Positions 30,199 to 39,574 are shown, counted from the stretch's first letter. The stretch: 64,000 nucleotides of DNA from Pseudolabrys sp. (GCA_036003145.1 DASYSQ010000121.1:16052-80051); one strand, 5' to 3'. Numbers and translations are program-made. The notes: generated by a model from the sequence alone, not told the origin.

Positions 30199-31473
30199 TT
30201 AGGCCGGCATTTGAGACAGGTTATGCCGCAGCGGCATGTTCTTTGCGAGATCTTCTTTCGGAATTCGTTTCTTGACTTCGAGTTTTCCATTTTCCACGCG
30301 GCTGATGTAGCAGTCGATTATGCCGACGTGGTCTTCCTTGCGGATATATTTGTCGCCCTGTGGGTGGGCGAGCGAGTTTTTCATTTGCATGCCTTCGAGA
30401 GCCTGGATCGCGCCCTCAACATCCTTGCGGGTCTTGTATCCGGATGTTTCGACCGCCTGCTTGATCGCAAAGATATCTTCCCAGGCCTGCCAGCCATGGC
30501 TCTTGTCCATCACGCGGGTGCCGCCGATCTCGCGCGCGTTTTCTTCATCGATGCCCACGCGCTTGAGGAACTCCTTGTGAAATTCGTCGTTTTTGGCCTT
30601 GAGCATGCGCGGGAAGTTTTCGAAGAAGTACACGCCTTCCGCCGCGCCCTGCACATCGGATGGCGCGATTGACTCGATGCTTGCCGAGGAAGAATACATC
30701 TTCATCTTCTTGTCGAGGCCCATATTTTTGGCTTGCGGATAGAAGGCAACCGACAAGGCGCCGATAAACGCGGGCAAGAGGACTTCAGTGTCGCCCGGAA
30801 TTTGCGAAAGATACGGCACAAAGTCCTTCGCATCCAGCGGCACCGGGATGCTGCTCAGGACCTTGCCGCCGGAGGACTCGATGTAGTGTTTGGATTCCTG
30901 GTTGGTGCTCTGGCCCCAGGCGTAATCGGCGTAAATGATCGTCCATTTCTTGCCGAAGTTCTCGACGCACCATGGCAAGCTTGCGGCGGCGATCGAGTAG
31001 GTGTCTGTGCCAGTACGGAACGAAAACCGGGTGCCTTTTGCGCCCGTGGCTTCAGTCGCTTCGCCGGTGGAGAAGTAAATCGTTTTGAGCTCTGAAGCGA
31101 CTGGGATCGCCGCCAGCATCACACCGGAATGAACCGACCCGACGATGAATTCGGCGTTTGAGCGTTGCACGAGGTTCCGTAACTTGCGGGCCCCGCTCGC
31201 CGGGTTTGACTCGGTATCTTCGGTCGCGAGCTCGATTTTACGGCCGGCGATTCCGCCGCCGGTATTGATAATGTCAACCGCGGCTTTAGCGGCTTTGTCA
31301 TGCCAGAAGCCCCACGAGGAGATTGCGCCGGTAAGGTCGCAGTGATGACCGATAACGATCGGTCCAGACGCCTGCGCGTAGACGTCACGCATTAATGTGA
31401 GATTGGCAGTGCCCAGCGCGCCGCCTGCCAAAGCGACTTCAAGGAAACTGCGGCGAGATAGCTTCTTTGTCAT
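30199..31473 (-). CDS. Liv/urea-amide-type ABC transporter substrate-binding protein, Tat signal
   Basis: SRRSFL twin-arginine motif, IN..GGI.GR.I and ADYAWG PBP1-type motifs. Confidence 0.9.
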   Translation of the reverse strand: MTKKLSRRSFLEVALAGGALGTANLTLMRDVYAQASGPIVIGHHCDLTGAISSWGFWHDKAAKAAVDIINTGGGIAGRKIELATEDTESNPASGARKLRNLVQRSNAEFIVGSVHSGVMLAAIPVASELKTIYFSTGEATEATGAKGTRFSFRTGTDTYSIAAASLPWCVENFGKKWTIIYADYAWGQSTNQESKHYIESSGGKVLSSIPVPLDAKDFVPYLSQIPGDTEVLLPAFIGALSVAFYPQAKNMGLDKKMKMYSSSASIESIAPSDVQGAAEGVYFFENFPRMLKAKNDEFHKEFLKRVGIDEENAREIGGTRVMDKSHGWQAWEDIFAIKQAVETSGYKTRKDVEGAIQALEGMQMKNSLAHPQGDKYIRKEDHVGIIDCYISRVENGKLEVKKRIPKEDLAKNMPLRHNLSQMPA

Positions 31474-31502
31474 TGTCTTGCCTCCCCTTTTTGTCTGCGA
31501 TG

Positions 31503-32201
31503 TTACTGGGACAACCCGAGGTAGCGATGCACGATTTCGGGCTGGGATTTCAGATCATGTGAGGCACCGGAATGAACGACAGTACCCTTCTCCATCACGA
31601 AAACGCGCGGACAGAGTTTGAGCGCGGTTTCGACGTTCTGTTCGACCAGAAGGATTGAAACGCCGGTTTGATTGATGCGGTGAATTTCACGCCGGATCTG
31701 CGAGACGAGTCGCGGCATGATGCCTTCGGTCGGCTCGTCAAGAATGATAAGCTTTGGTCGCATCATTAGGCAGCGAGCAATCGCGAGCATCTGTTGTTCG
31801 CCGCCCGACAATGTGCCGCCAGATTGTTTTAGACGCTCCCTGAGCCGGGGAAAGCAGGTGAGCACATAGTCCTCGCGCGCAGTGTCGCGCTTTCCGGGCA
31901 GGCCGATATTGAGATTTTCGATTACCGATAAAGTCGGAAATATTCCGCGGCCTTGCGGCACGTATCCGATACCTTTGCGCGGAATGATATGAGGTTGGAA
32001 TCTTGCGAGATCGACGCCGTCAAATTCGATGCGACCCGCGCTTGTCGCTACAAGCCCCATTATGCTGCGCAGGGTGGTCGTTTTCCCGACGCCATTGCGG
32101 CCAATTAAAGCAGCGCATTCGCCTTCCTTGACCTCGAGGTTGACACCCTGAAGGATGTGCAACTTTCCGATATGAACATGAACCTCGCGGAGGCTAAGCA
32201 T
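31503..32201 (-). CDS. livF: Branched-chain-type ABC ATPase (LivF-like)
   Basis: GRNGVGKT, LSGGEQQMLAIAR, LDEP and VEQN. Confidence 0.9.
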   Translation of the reverse strand: MLSLREVHVHIGKLHILQGVNLEVKEGECAALIGRNGVGKTTTLRSIMGLVATSAGRIEFDGVDLARFQPHIIPRKGIGYVPQGRGIFPTLSVIENLNIGLPGKRDTAREDYVLTCFPRLRERLKQSGGTLSGGEQQMLAIARCLMMRPKLIILDEPTEGIMPRLVSQIRREIHRINQTGVSILLVEQNVETALKLCPRVFVMEKGTVVHSGASHDLKSQPEIVHRYLGLSQ

Positions 32202-32973
32202 GCGCGGCCTCCTCGACGTAGTCCTCGTCTTCGGGCCGACCCAGATAGGCTTCGCGCACGCGTTCGTTCTGCGAGATTTCGTTCACATTTCCCACGGCCA
32301 AAATCGCGCCTTGCGCCAAAACAGTAATCGCATCGGCGATGCCGAAAACTACTGCCATGTCGTGCTCGATGATGACTATGTCGATGGTGCGGGCCATTTC
32401 CCGAATTTTAGTAACCGCACGCTCGGTTTCGGCCGGGCTCATGCCGCAGGTAGGTTCATCGAGTAGCAGCAGTTGTGGTTCGGAGATGAGCGCCATTCCA
32501 ATCTCGAGTAGCGCAACATCTCCATACGACAACACTCCAGCCGCTCGGTGTGCCAGCGCGGTGAGACCGATCTGTTCAAGCGTCTGTGCGACGCGATCGC
32601 GTGCGGCGCGGTCGCTCTCGGCATTGCGAAACGGATGAAGAAAGCGTTTCGAGCCTGCGTATGTAATCCAGAGATTCTCAGCGACACTCAGGCTTGAAAA
32701 TACGCTTTTGACCTGAAGGGTTCGTTTGATGCCGAGCCGGCTGATCTCGTGGGCCGGGAGGCCGGTGATGTCGCGACCGCGAAAAGTGACCTTACCGGAA
32801 TCGGGCCGCAACAAGCCTGATACCAGGTTAAAAAGGGTGGTCTTGCCGGCGCCATTTGGTCCGATGATGGCATGCAGCTTTCCGCCCTCCAGACTGAGAC
32901 TAAGGTTGTCCACGGCGGTGAGACCACCGAAACGTTTGGTCAGGCTCCTTGTTTCCAGAATCGGGGCGCTCAT
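32194..32973 (-). CDS. livG: Branched-chain-type ABC ATPase (LivG-like)
   Basis: FGGLTAV, GPNGAGKT, LSYG, IEHDM and VREAYLG. Confidence 0.9.
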   Translation of the reverse strand: MSAPILETRSLTKRFGGLTAVDNLSLSLEGGKLHAIIGPNGAGKTTLFNLVSGLLRPDSGKVTFRGRDITGLPAHEISRLGIKRTLQVKSVFSSLSVAENLWITYAGSKRFLHPFRNAESDRAARDRVAQTLEQIGLTALAHRAAGVLSYGDVALLEIGMALISEPQLLLLDEPTCGMSPAETERAVTKIREMARTIDIVIIEHDMAVVFGIADAITVLAQGAILAVGNVNEISQNERVREAYLGRPEDEDYVEEAAHA

Positions 32974-33983
32974 GGCGGCACCCTCTCTGGTTGGGTCGAC
33001 GGCAGTTCTGCTGCGTCCTTGTCGAGGCGATCGAGTCGGTCACTCCAGAGGCCAACGAGGCCTCGCGGCGCCAGGATAACGACCAAAATCGCCATCACAC
33101 CGACAATGAGTGCGTGGTGTTCCCAATGGGTAGAGACCACCTCGCGGATGATGATGAACAGGGTCGTGCCGATTATGGGACCGAACAATGTGCCGGCGCC
33201 GCCGACAATCGCCCATACGACGCCTTCGCCGGAGACCTGGTAGAACATATAGGCGGCCGAGGCGTAGCGGCCGAAGAAGGCAAACAGTGCGCCGGCAACC
33301 CCGGCGAGGAATCCCGCCATGACAAAAGCAACAAGCCGGATCAGATAGACGTTAAGGCCAATCAACGAAGCGCGGACGTCGTTGTCGCGAATCGCCACGA
33401 AAGCCTTGCCGAGCGGACTGTGGATGACGCGATGCATCAGATAGAAGCAGAGCGAAACCGTCAGCAGAATGAAGAAATACTGGAAGGTAGGGTCGGTGAA
33501 ACTCCAGACTGAATGGTCGAATGTGAAGGTCGGCGGCATGCTGAAATTGATGCCGTCGTCACCACCCGTAAGTGGTTTCAAGCGCACCGCGAGAAAGTAG
33601 AAGATCAGCGAAAAGACGACGGTGATGATAGCGAAATAGTGCCAGGTCAAACGCACCGCGAACACACCCGAGACGAGTGCCATGGTCATTGCGGCGACGA
33701 TGCCGAGCGCAAAGACCGGCCAAAAACCGAGATGCAACTGGTCGATGCCGATGCTGACACCGTACATCCCAAATCCGAAATACAGGGCCTGACCAAACGA
33801 CAACAGTCCGACATAGCCGAACAGAAGATTGACGCTCGCGGCAAACAACGACCAGATTAGAATTTCGGTGATCACACTGACCCAGAATGAACTGACAAGT
33901 GCGGGGACCGACCATGGCACCGACATCATAAATATCGCGAAAAGGACAAAGAGGACACGTTCTATGCTTGCGCGGCTGCTCAT
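32970..33983 (-). CDS. livM: Branched-chain-type ABC permease (LivM-like)
   Basis: GYVGLLSFGQ, TGGDDG, AIRDN..RA...G and GGAGTLFGP. Confidence 0.9.
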   Translation of the reverse strand: MSSRASIERVLFVLFAIFMMSVPWSVPALVSSFWVSVITEILIWSLFAASVNLLFGYVGLLSFGQALYFGFGMYGVSIGIDQLHLGFWPVFALGIVAAMTMALVSGVFAVRLTWHYFAIITVVFSLIFYFLAVRLKPLTGGDDGINFSMPPTFTFDHSVWSFTDPTFQYFFILLTVSLCFYLMHRVIHSPLGKAFVAIRDNDVRASLIGLNVYLIRLVAFVMAGFLAGVAGALFAFFGRYASAAYMFYQVSGEGVVWAIVGGAGTLFGPIIGTTLFIIIREVVSTHWEHHALIVGVMAILVVILAPRGLVGLWSDRLDRLDKDAAELPSTQPERVPP

Positions 33984-34837
33984 CGGACGTGTCCTTTGAA
34001 CAAACCCTGCGGACGAATCAGCATCACTGCGCTCATTAACGCAAGCGAGGCAATACGCGCCACTGTCGGGTCGGCGACGCTCTGAATGATACCTTCGAAG
34101 AAGGCAAGCATGACCGCCGCCGCCGCTGTACCGGGGAGGTTACCGAGGCCACCGATGATTACGGCCATGAAGCAGAACGGCAAGATATCGACGCCGCCGC
34201 GGAAATCGACAGTAGCAATCGGTGCTGCCACCGCACCGCCGAAGGCTGCGAGTGCAAAGCCAATCCCGAAGGTCAGGATGTAGATACGCTGTGCCGGAAT
34301 CCCCATGGCAATTGCGGTGTCGCGATCGTGGCGCACGGCACGCATCCACGTACCGATCTTGGTATACTGCAGGAACAGGAAAAAGCCTACGAGCGCCGCA
34401 ATAGACAAGAGGGCCGCAAAGAGTCGGTAAACGTCGTACTCGATGCCAAACAGCGGCACAGTGGAGGTGATTGGCGCGAGAATGCGGCGCGGCGTGGGAC
34501 CGAAAATGATCCGAACGCTTTCCTGCAGGATTAATGACAGGCCAAACGTTGCGACAATCGACAATGCAGCGACGCCTCGCACGGGCTGAATCACGACTCT
34601 CTGGATCAGGGCGCCGAGGATGAATCCGATTAGGGGTGCGGCGATAAAACCGAGCCAGAAGTTTCCAGTTGCTTCCAGCGTGAACCAGGCGATGACCGTG
34701 CCGACCATGAAGAAGTCGCCGTGCGCGATATTGATGATGTCGAGCAGGCCAAAAATGACGGATAGGCCGAGAGCGATGAGGGCGATGATCAGCCCCCATA
34801 TCAGCCCGTTCAGTGCGAGCAAAAGCAGCGTATCCAT
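33980..34837 (-). CDS. livH: Branched-chain-type ABC permease (LivH-like)
   Basis: LIALGLSVIFG...NIAHG, G..MRAV and IIGGLGN. Start MDTLLL. Confidence 0.9.
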   Translation of the reverse strand: MDTLLLLALNGLIWGLIIALIALGLSVIFGLLDIINIAHGDFFMVGTVIAWFTLEATGNFWLGFIAAPLIGFILGALIQRVVIQPVRGVAALSIVATFGLSLILQESVRIIFGPTPRRILAPITSTVPLFGIEYDVYRLFAALLSIAALVGFFLFLQYTKIGTWMRAVRHDRDTAIAMGIPAQRIYILTFGIGFALAAFGGAVAAPIATVDFRGGVDILPFCFMAVIIGGLGNLPGTAAAAVMLAFFEGIIQSVADPTVARIASLALMSAVMLIRPQGLFKGHVR

Positions 34838-34919
34838 TATGTCACGATGCGAGCGGCGCGCAGGCCGATATCGTCCTCGCACAAGTGTCCAATCATCGCC
34901 AAATTGAAGCAAGCGCTCA

Positions 34920-35813
34920 TCAGGCCAACCCCTGGTTGGGCGCGGCAGTGTAGTCATCTATCGCCGTGGCTGGGATCATGTGCCGGTCGATATTGAGTTC
35001 CTCCGGTGTCAGTCCGAGCGCTAATCCGACAAGCTGCGGCAGATGCAGCACTGGCATATCGAGCTTCTGCCCGAGGTCTTCTTCGATCTCGTGCTGAAAG
35101 CTGTCGAGTACGGTGTGGCAGAGTGGGCAGGGGGTCACCATTGTTTTGGCCCCACCGGCCTTGGCTGCAAGGATGTGCTGCCCGGCGAGCTTGATAGCAA
35201 CGCGCTCGTCATGGCCCGCGGTATGGAACCCGCAACACTCAGTTCTCCCGCTGTAGTCGATCGGACGGCATCCCAAGATTTCCGCAAGCTTCTCGATCGC
35301 CGCGTTGTTGCGCGAGTCGACAAAACCATAGCGGCCAGGCGGACGGGTGATGTGGCAGCCATAGAAAGCGGCGACGGTAAGCCCGGTGAGCGGATTGGTG
35401 ACCAACGCGCGCAGCCGTTTCGCGCCGATTTGTTCGTGCAGCACCCACAAGAAGTGGGTTATCTTGGTTCTGCCACTGTAATGCAGATTTTCCTCTGCCA
35501 GCCGGGCATTGACAGTTTGCGCAAGTTCGGCATCGCTAACAAAGGCGGCATGCGCGTCGAGTACATTAAGCGTGCAGGTGTTGCAGATCGTCATCAGGGG
35601 TAAGCCCTCACGTTCTGCGAGCGCAAGGATTCGCACGTTCAGTGTATAAAATCCGGCCGGGTCGATAGCGCGCAGCTCACGTGCCCCGGTGCAGGTGGCG
35701 GATTCGAGCTGGAGCAACTCGAGTCCCAGCTTGTGCGCCACACGATGGGTCGCGACGTTGAGCTCCGCACAGGTGCTGCGCGCCGAACAGCCTGGGTAAT
35801 AGGCAAATTTCAT
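34920..35813 (-). CDS. HdrB-like CCG-domain protein (SdhE/type-E complex II membrane anchor)
   Basis: YYPGC, CTG, CNTC in the first domain and FYGCH, ECCG, CPLC in the second. ATG overlaps the stop of the Fe-S subunit. Confidence 0.9.
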   Translation of the reverse strand: MKFAYYPGCSARSTCAELNVATHRVAHKLGLELLQLESATCTGARELRAIDPAGFYTLNVRILALAEREGLPLMTICNTCTLNVLDAHAAFVSDAELAQTVNARLAEENLHYSGRTKITHFLWVLHEQIGAKRLRALVTNPLTGLTVAAFYGCHITRPPGRYGFVDSRNNAAIEKLAEILGCRPIDYSGRTECCGFHTAGHDERVAIKLAGQHILAAKAGGAKTMVTPCPLCHTVLDSFQHEIEEDLGQKLDMPVLHLPQLVGLALGLTPEELNIDRHMIPATAIDDYTAAPNQGLA

Positions 35814-36829
35814 GGGCGCACCCGATTGAGAATACGTCGCGCGGCCGCCGTGGCGGCAGTCTTGCGCATCAGTAAAGTCTTGAGCGGGGCAATTTTGCCT
35901 CGGACCAGAAGGCGCAGAATACGCGGCAGGTTCTTGAATGCACCCAGTCCCTGCACCCGCAGAACAAGGGCACCGGGATCGACTCGGCCACGCATTGCGA
36001 CGATAGCGCGTAGCGCATGTGCGTGACGCGCCATCCCGGGGACGAGTGCGGCGGCCTTTGCCTTGAGTGGCTCGATCACGTGGGTGACGATCGGAATGGC
36101 CGCTGGGCAAACTTCTTCGCATTTGTAGCAGGACACGCAATTAAAAATGCCGGATTGCGCAAGCATGCGTGCAACCTTGTTCTGGTCGTTGCGGGGATCG
36201 AGCGCGGTCTGACCAAGCTGAACGAGCGGCGCCGGGCCGGCGAAGTCGGTCAGATCACCGAGACGAACAACGGGGCAGGCGGAGTAGCAGCACATGCAGC
36301 TGATGCAATCGAGCGCCTTCGACGCATTCTTCATTTCCCTGTGCGACAGCGGTTCGGGGAAACCGCGGTAGACCGCATCGCGCTCGAGCCAGGGTTCGAA
36401 GCTTGCGATCTTTTTCTCGTAAGGGGAGCGATCGACGACGAGGTCGCGCACCAAGGGCAGGTTGCGCAGCGGCTCAATCGTCATGTCCGGCTCGACCGCT
36501 TCCCAGCAGGCGAGCACCTCGCGGCCGTTCATGCGCACCGCGCAACTGCCGCACATCTTCGAGCCGCAGAACCAGCGATAGGCAAGGTCGGTCGCCTCGT
36601 GCTCGGCGATCCAGTTAAGCGCATCGAGTACGCGCATCCATTTCTGGTAAGGCACGGAAAACTGCTGAAAACGGGCCTGGTTGGCAACTCCGTCGGAGCG
36701 GGCGACCCTCACGGTGATCGGGTCGCCTGGCGCCAGCCGGGAATTGCGCAAGGCGAGCGTGTCGGCATGCTCGATCTGGCCGAGGCGGCTCGCTGGCGAG
36801 AGCGGTGTGCTTGCGAGCGCCATTACCAT
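35810..36829 (-). CDS. SdhB/FrdB-like iron-sulfur subunit ([2Fe-2S] + 2x[4Fe-4S]) with C-terminal amphipathic extension
   Basis: CGSKMCGSC...C, CISCMCCYSACP, CVSCYKCEEVCP, IEPL and VRDLVVD. Confidence 0.92.
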   Translation of the reverse strand: MVMALASTPLSPASRLGQIEHADTLALRNSRLAPGDPITVRVARSDGVANQARFQQFSVPYQKWMRVLDALNWIAEHEATDLAYRWFCGSKMCGSCAVRMNGREVLACWEAVEPDMTIEPLRNLPLVRDLVVDRSPYEKKIASFEPWLERDAVYRGFPEPLSHREMKNASKALDCISCMCCYSACPVVRLGDLTDFAGPAPLVQLGQTALDPRNDQNKVARMLAQSGIFNCVSCYKCEEVCPAAIPIVTHVIEPLKAKAAALVPGMARHAHALRAIVAMRGRVDPGALVLRVQGLGAFKNLPRILRLLVRGKIAPLKTLLMRKTAATAAARRILNRVRP

Positions 36830-38535
36830 GCCACCTGAAGATTGTTTTTCTTCGTAAAACCGGGCTCAAAGAACGGCAACTCATAGGGGCGCGCTTCAAA
36901 CTTGAAGCCGTTACCCGACTTCTTGAGGATGTTGGCGGCAAGCCACTGCGTGTTATCGGTTTCAGGGAAATCCTTGCGGAAGAACGGACCGCGGCTTTCC
37001 TTACGCTCGAGTGAAGAATGAACGATCAACTCGCAGGCGTCGATCATGTTGATGACGTCGATAGCATCGAGCCATTCATAGTTAGCGATGCGGGTCTTGT
37101 TGGCAATGCGCATCTCCGGCAACTCGCTGCGGATTTGCAGGATTTCGTCGAGTGCTGCGTTCATGCCGGCGGCGTCTTTTTCGACGCCGACTTTGTCCCA
37201 CATTAGCTTGCGCAATTTGTCCTTCACCGCGGCGGGCGCCGAACCACCGCCTGATGCATTGCGCAGGTTTTCGAGCCGCCGGCCTTCGGCCTGAGCCTCT
37301 ATGGAATTTGGCGGTGAGGGCTTGAGTCTGGAAAAGTCCTGAACAATGCCGTCCGCGACAACTTTGCCATCATATGTAGCAAGCCCGATCAAGCCGTTGC
37401 TGTGGCCACCAACGCCGCCGGCCACATACAGCCCCGGAACCGAGGAGCGCATCGTCGCGGTATCGACGTCGATGCCGCCCTGGCGGTAGTGCGATGTTAC
37501 TGCGGTTTCGACGAGTGTTTTTGGAAAGTCCAGGCCAAGCTGTCGATACGTCTTGCCGTAGGTCGTGTAGCGTTCGACTTCGGCGGGATCGCAGTGATCG
37601 AATCCGGCGTAGTAGCCGCCATCATAACGCGCCTTGCCGGCATGAACCTGCTTTGCCAGCGCCTTGAGTTGGACAGTGTAAGGGCCGAAGGCGAGCGGGT
37701 CATCCCGCTGCTGATTGAAAAATTCCTCGCCATTCGAGTTGACCATACGGGCGGACTTCTCGGACCCAAGCATCGGATTGGGATAGACTTGCATGCGCTG
37801 CCACGACGGTGGGTGTGCGATGTCGTTGGTGTGCCACCACTGCATTTCCATGTTGACGAGCGTTGCGCCGGCCCGCCACGCCATCGCGATGCCGTCGGCC
37901 GACATTTCGCGTGTGCCAGTCGAACGGGCATGTAGTCGGTCGGAGTAACCGGTCGCGAGTACGACGGCTCGCGCCTCGACGATGATGTGTTCACCCGTCA
38001 TCAAGTTAAGGCAAAACACGCCACCGATTTCTCCATCCGCATTTCGCAATAACGCGGTCGCGATTGTCTCTTCAAGCCGCGGAATGCCAGCATGGATGAT
38101 CTGCTTGCGCCGCAGATCCATGAATGGAACCCCAGAATTGCCCTGAACATTGGCTGCGACGCTCCGAATTTTGCCGGGGCTGGTGACGACATTGCCCTTG
38201 TCGTCGCGTCGAAAATAGAGGCCCGCTTCCTCGAGCTCCGGGTAATAGACCCGTTCGATCCACTCGCCGCAACGGCGTGCCCAGCGTTGGTCGATTAAAA
38301 ACTGATTATGATATTTGATCAGAAACTCGGCGGTGTCGCGCGCCTGCTCGTCGGTGTTGCCAAGAAGCTTGCCGGAAATCACCAGGTTGCCGGCAAATAG
38401 TGACGCGCCGCTTTTACCGACGAGACCCTTACAGATGATGAGCGGTTTGATGCCTTGCTTCCGCAGGCTGAGCGCCGCGTAACAACCGGCGGCTCCGCCG
38501 CCAATGATTGCGACATCGGCCTTTAGCCTCTGCAT
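36823..38535 (-). CDS. SdhA/FrdA/NadB/AprA-superfamily flavoprotein with divergent active site
   Basis: IIGGGAAG FAD motif, VVLATG, DG..MA.RAGA...NME, HY..GGI, GLY.AG and C-terminal RKESRG...R.DFP. Start MQRLKADV. Confidence 0.92.
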   Translation of the reverse strand: MQRLKADVAIIGGGAAGCYAALSLRKQGIKPLIICKGLVGKSGASLFAGNLVISGKLLGNTDEQARDTAEFLIKYHNQFLIDQRWARRCGEWIERVYYPELEEAGLYFRRDDKGNVVTSPGKIRSVAANVQGNSGVPFMDLRRKQIIHAGIPRLEETIATALLRNADGEIGGVFCLNLMTGEHIIVEARAVVLATGYSDRLHARSTGTREMSADGIAMAWRAGATLVNMEMQWWHTNDIAHPPSWQRMQVYPNPMLGSEKSARMVNSNGEEFFNQQRDDPLAFGPYTVQLKALAKQVHAGKARYDGGYYAGFDHCDPAEVERYTTYGKTYRQLGLDFPKTLVETAVTSHYRQGGIDVDTATMRSSVPGLYVAGGVGGHSNGLIGLATYDGKVVADGIVQDFSRLKPSPPNSIEAQAEGRRLENLRNASGGGSAPAAVKDKLRKLMWDKVGVEKDAAGMNAALDEILQIRSELPEMRIANKTRIANYEWLDAIDVINMIDACELIVHSSLERKESRGPFFRKDFPETDNTQWLAANILKKSGNGFKFEARPYELPFFEPGFTKKNNLQVAW

Positions 38536-38562
38536 TTTTCCCCTCAGCCTCCTAAGTAACCA

Positions 38563-38596
38563 TGCAAATTCTCCAAGCTCATGGAGTATTTTTGCA
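38563..38596. promoter_or_regulatory. Imperfect inverted repeat in the divergent promoter, probable LysR operator
   Basis: tgcaaattctcca ... tggagtatttttgca in the 94-bp gap between the flavoprotein and LysR genes. Confidence 0.55.
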
Positions 38597-38629
38597 CCAC
38601 CTAGTGATGGTTTGGTGTAAGCTTTCGCC

Positions 38630-39574
38630 ATGAATATCAGCGCCAAAAAGCCATTTGGCGGGGGTCCCGCGGCCGCCAAATGGGACGACCTAAGGGTCTT
38701 TCTCGAGGTCGCCCGCCAGGGCAGCGTCCACGCTGCTGCGCGCCAGCTTCGGCTCGATCATTCGACAGTATGCCGCCGGATAGGTCGGCTTGAATCGTTG
38801 CTCGCAGTCAAACTGCTCGATCGCAATCGGAAAGGTGTGGTGGTTCGCCCGGAAGCGCAGGCTTTGCTCCAGCACATCGAGCAGATGGACCAACATGCGA
38901 ACTCGCTCGACGAAATGATTGCTGAGGGAGCATCGAAAGTTGTGCGCATTGCGACAATGGAAGGAATCGCCAGCGGGTACATTGCGCGCCGGATACCAAC
39001 GCTCGCCCGTTTCGACCGGAACTTGAAAATCGAGCTCGTCAGCATTCCACAGGTCGTGGACTTGAATCGTAAGGAGGCTGATATCTTCCTGAGCTTCTTC
39101 AATCCCACGACGCGCGGCTTGCGCAGTACACTGATCGGCAAGTTTTCTCTTTTTCTGTATTGTTCAAAAGACTATTTACGTCACCACGGAGTTCCGCGCA
39201 GCCGCGCCGACCTCGATAGGCATGTGTTCGTTGGCTATATTGACGACCTGCTTGCGATCAATGCGGTTCGCTGGCTCGACGAGGTTGTGGCGGCGCCAAA
39301 AATGAGCTTCCACAGTAACAGCGTGATCGCGCAATGCCACGCTGCCGTGGGGGGAATGGGTATTGTCCTTTTACCGACCTTTGTCGCATCCGGGGTCCCG
39401 GGCCTTCAGCGCATCCTTTCTGACACAATTTCGATAAAACGCGATGTATGGGTATCTGTGCGGAGCGAACATGGCCACCTTGCTCGAATTAGATCTGTTA
39501 TAGAATTTTTGAAATATATCTTTGAACACGACATCGATTTTCTTTCTGGACGGGCAGAAAACGTCTCATGGTAA
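38630..39574 (+). CDS. LysR-family transcriptional regulator, divergent from the flavoprotein operon
   Basis: WDDLRVFLEVARQGS..AAA..L...HSTV.RRI..LE HTH, then EADI and G.GI..LP.F. Confidence 0.93.
   Translation: MNISAKKPFGGGPAAAKWDDLRVFLEVARQGSVHAAARQLRLDHSTVCRRIGRLESLLAVKLLDRNRKGVVVRPEAQALLQHIEQMDQHANSLDEMIAEGASKVVRIATMEGIASGYIARRIPTLARFDRNLKIELVSIPQVVDLNRKEADIFLSFFNPTTRGLRSTLIGKFSLFLYCSKDYLRHHGVPRSRADLDRHVFVGYIDDLLAINAVRWLDEVVAAPKMSFHSNSVIAQCHAAVGGMGIVLLPTFVASGVPGLQRILSDTISIKRDVWVSVRSEHGHLARIRSVIEFLKYIFEHDIDFLSGRAENVSW

Noticed and set aside
35814-36140. N-terminal 109-aa extension of the CCG ORF in the ORF track (possible fusion or frameshift)
   Set aside because: It is the alternate frame of the Fe-S gene. 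A clean ATGA overlap at 35810-35813 gives the conventional start MKFAYYPGC.
34920-38535. Annotation as housekeeping succinate dehydrogenase, or as methanogen/sulfur-oxidiser heterodisulfide reductase
   Set aside because: The catalytic Arg residues and covalent-FAD His are missing, and there is no sdhCD, hdrA or sulfur-carrier gene.
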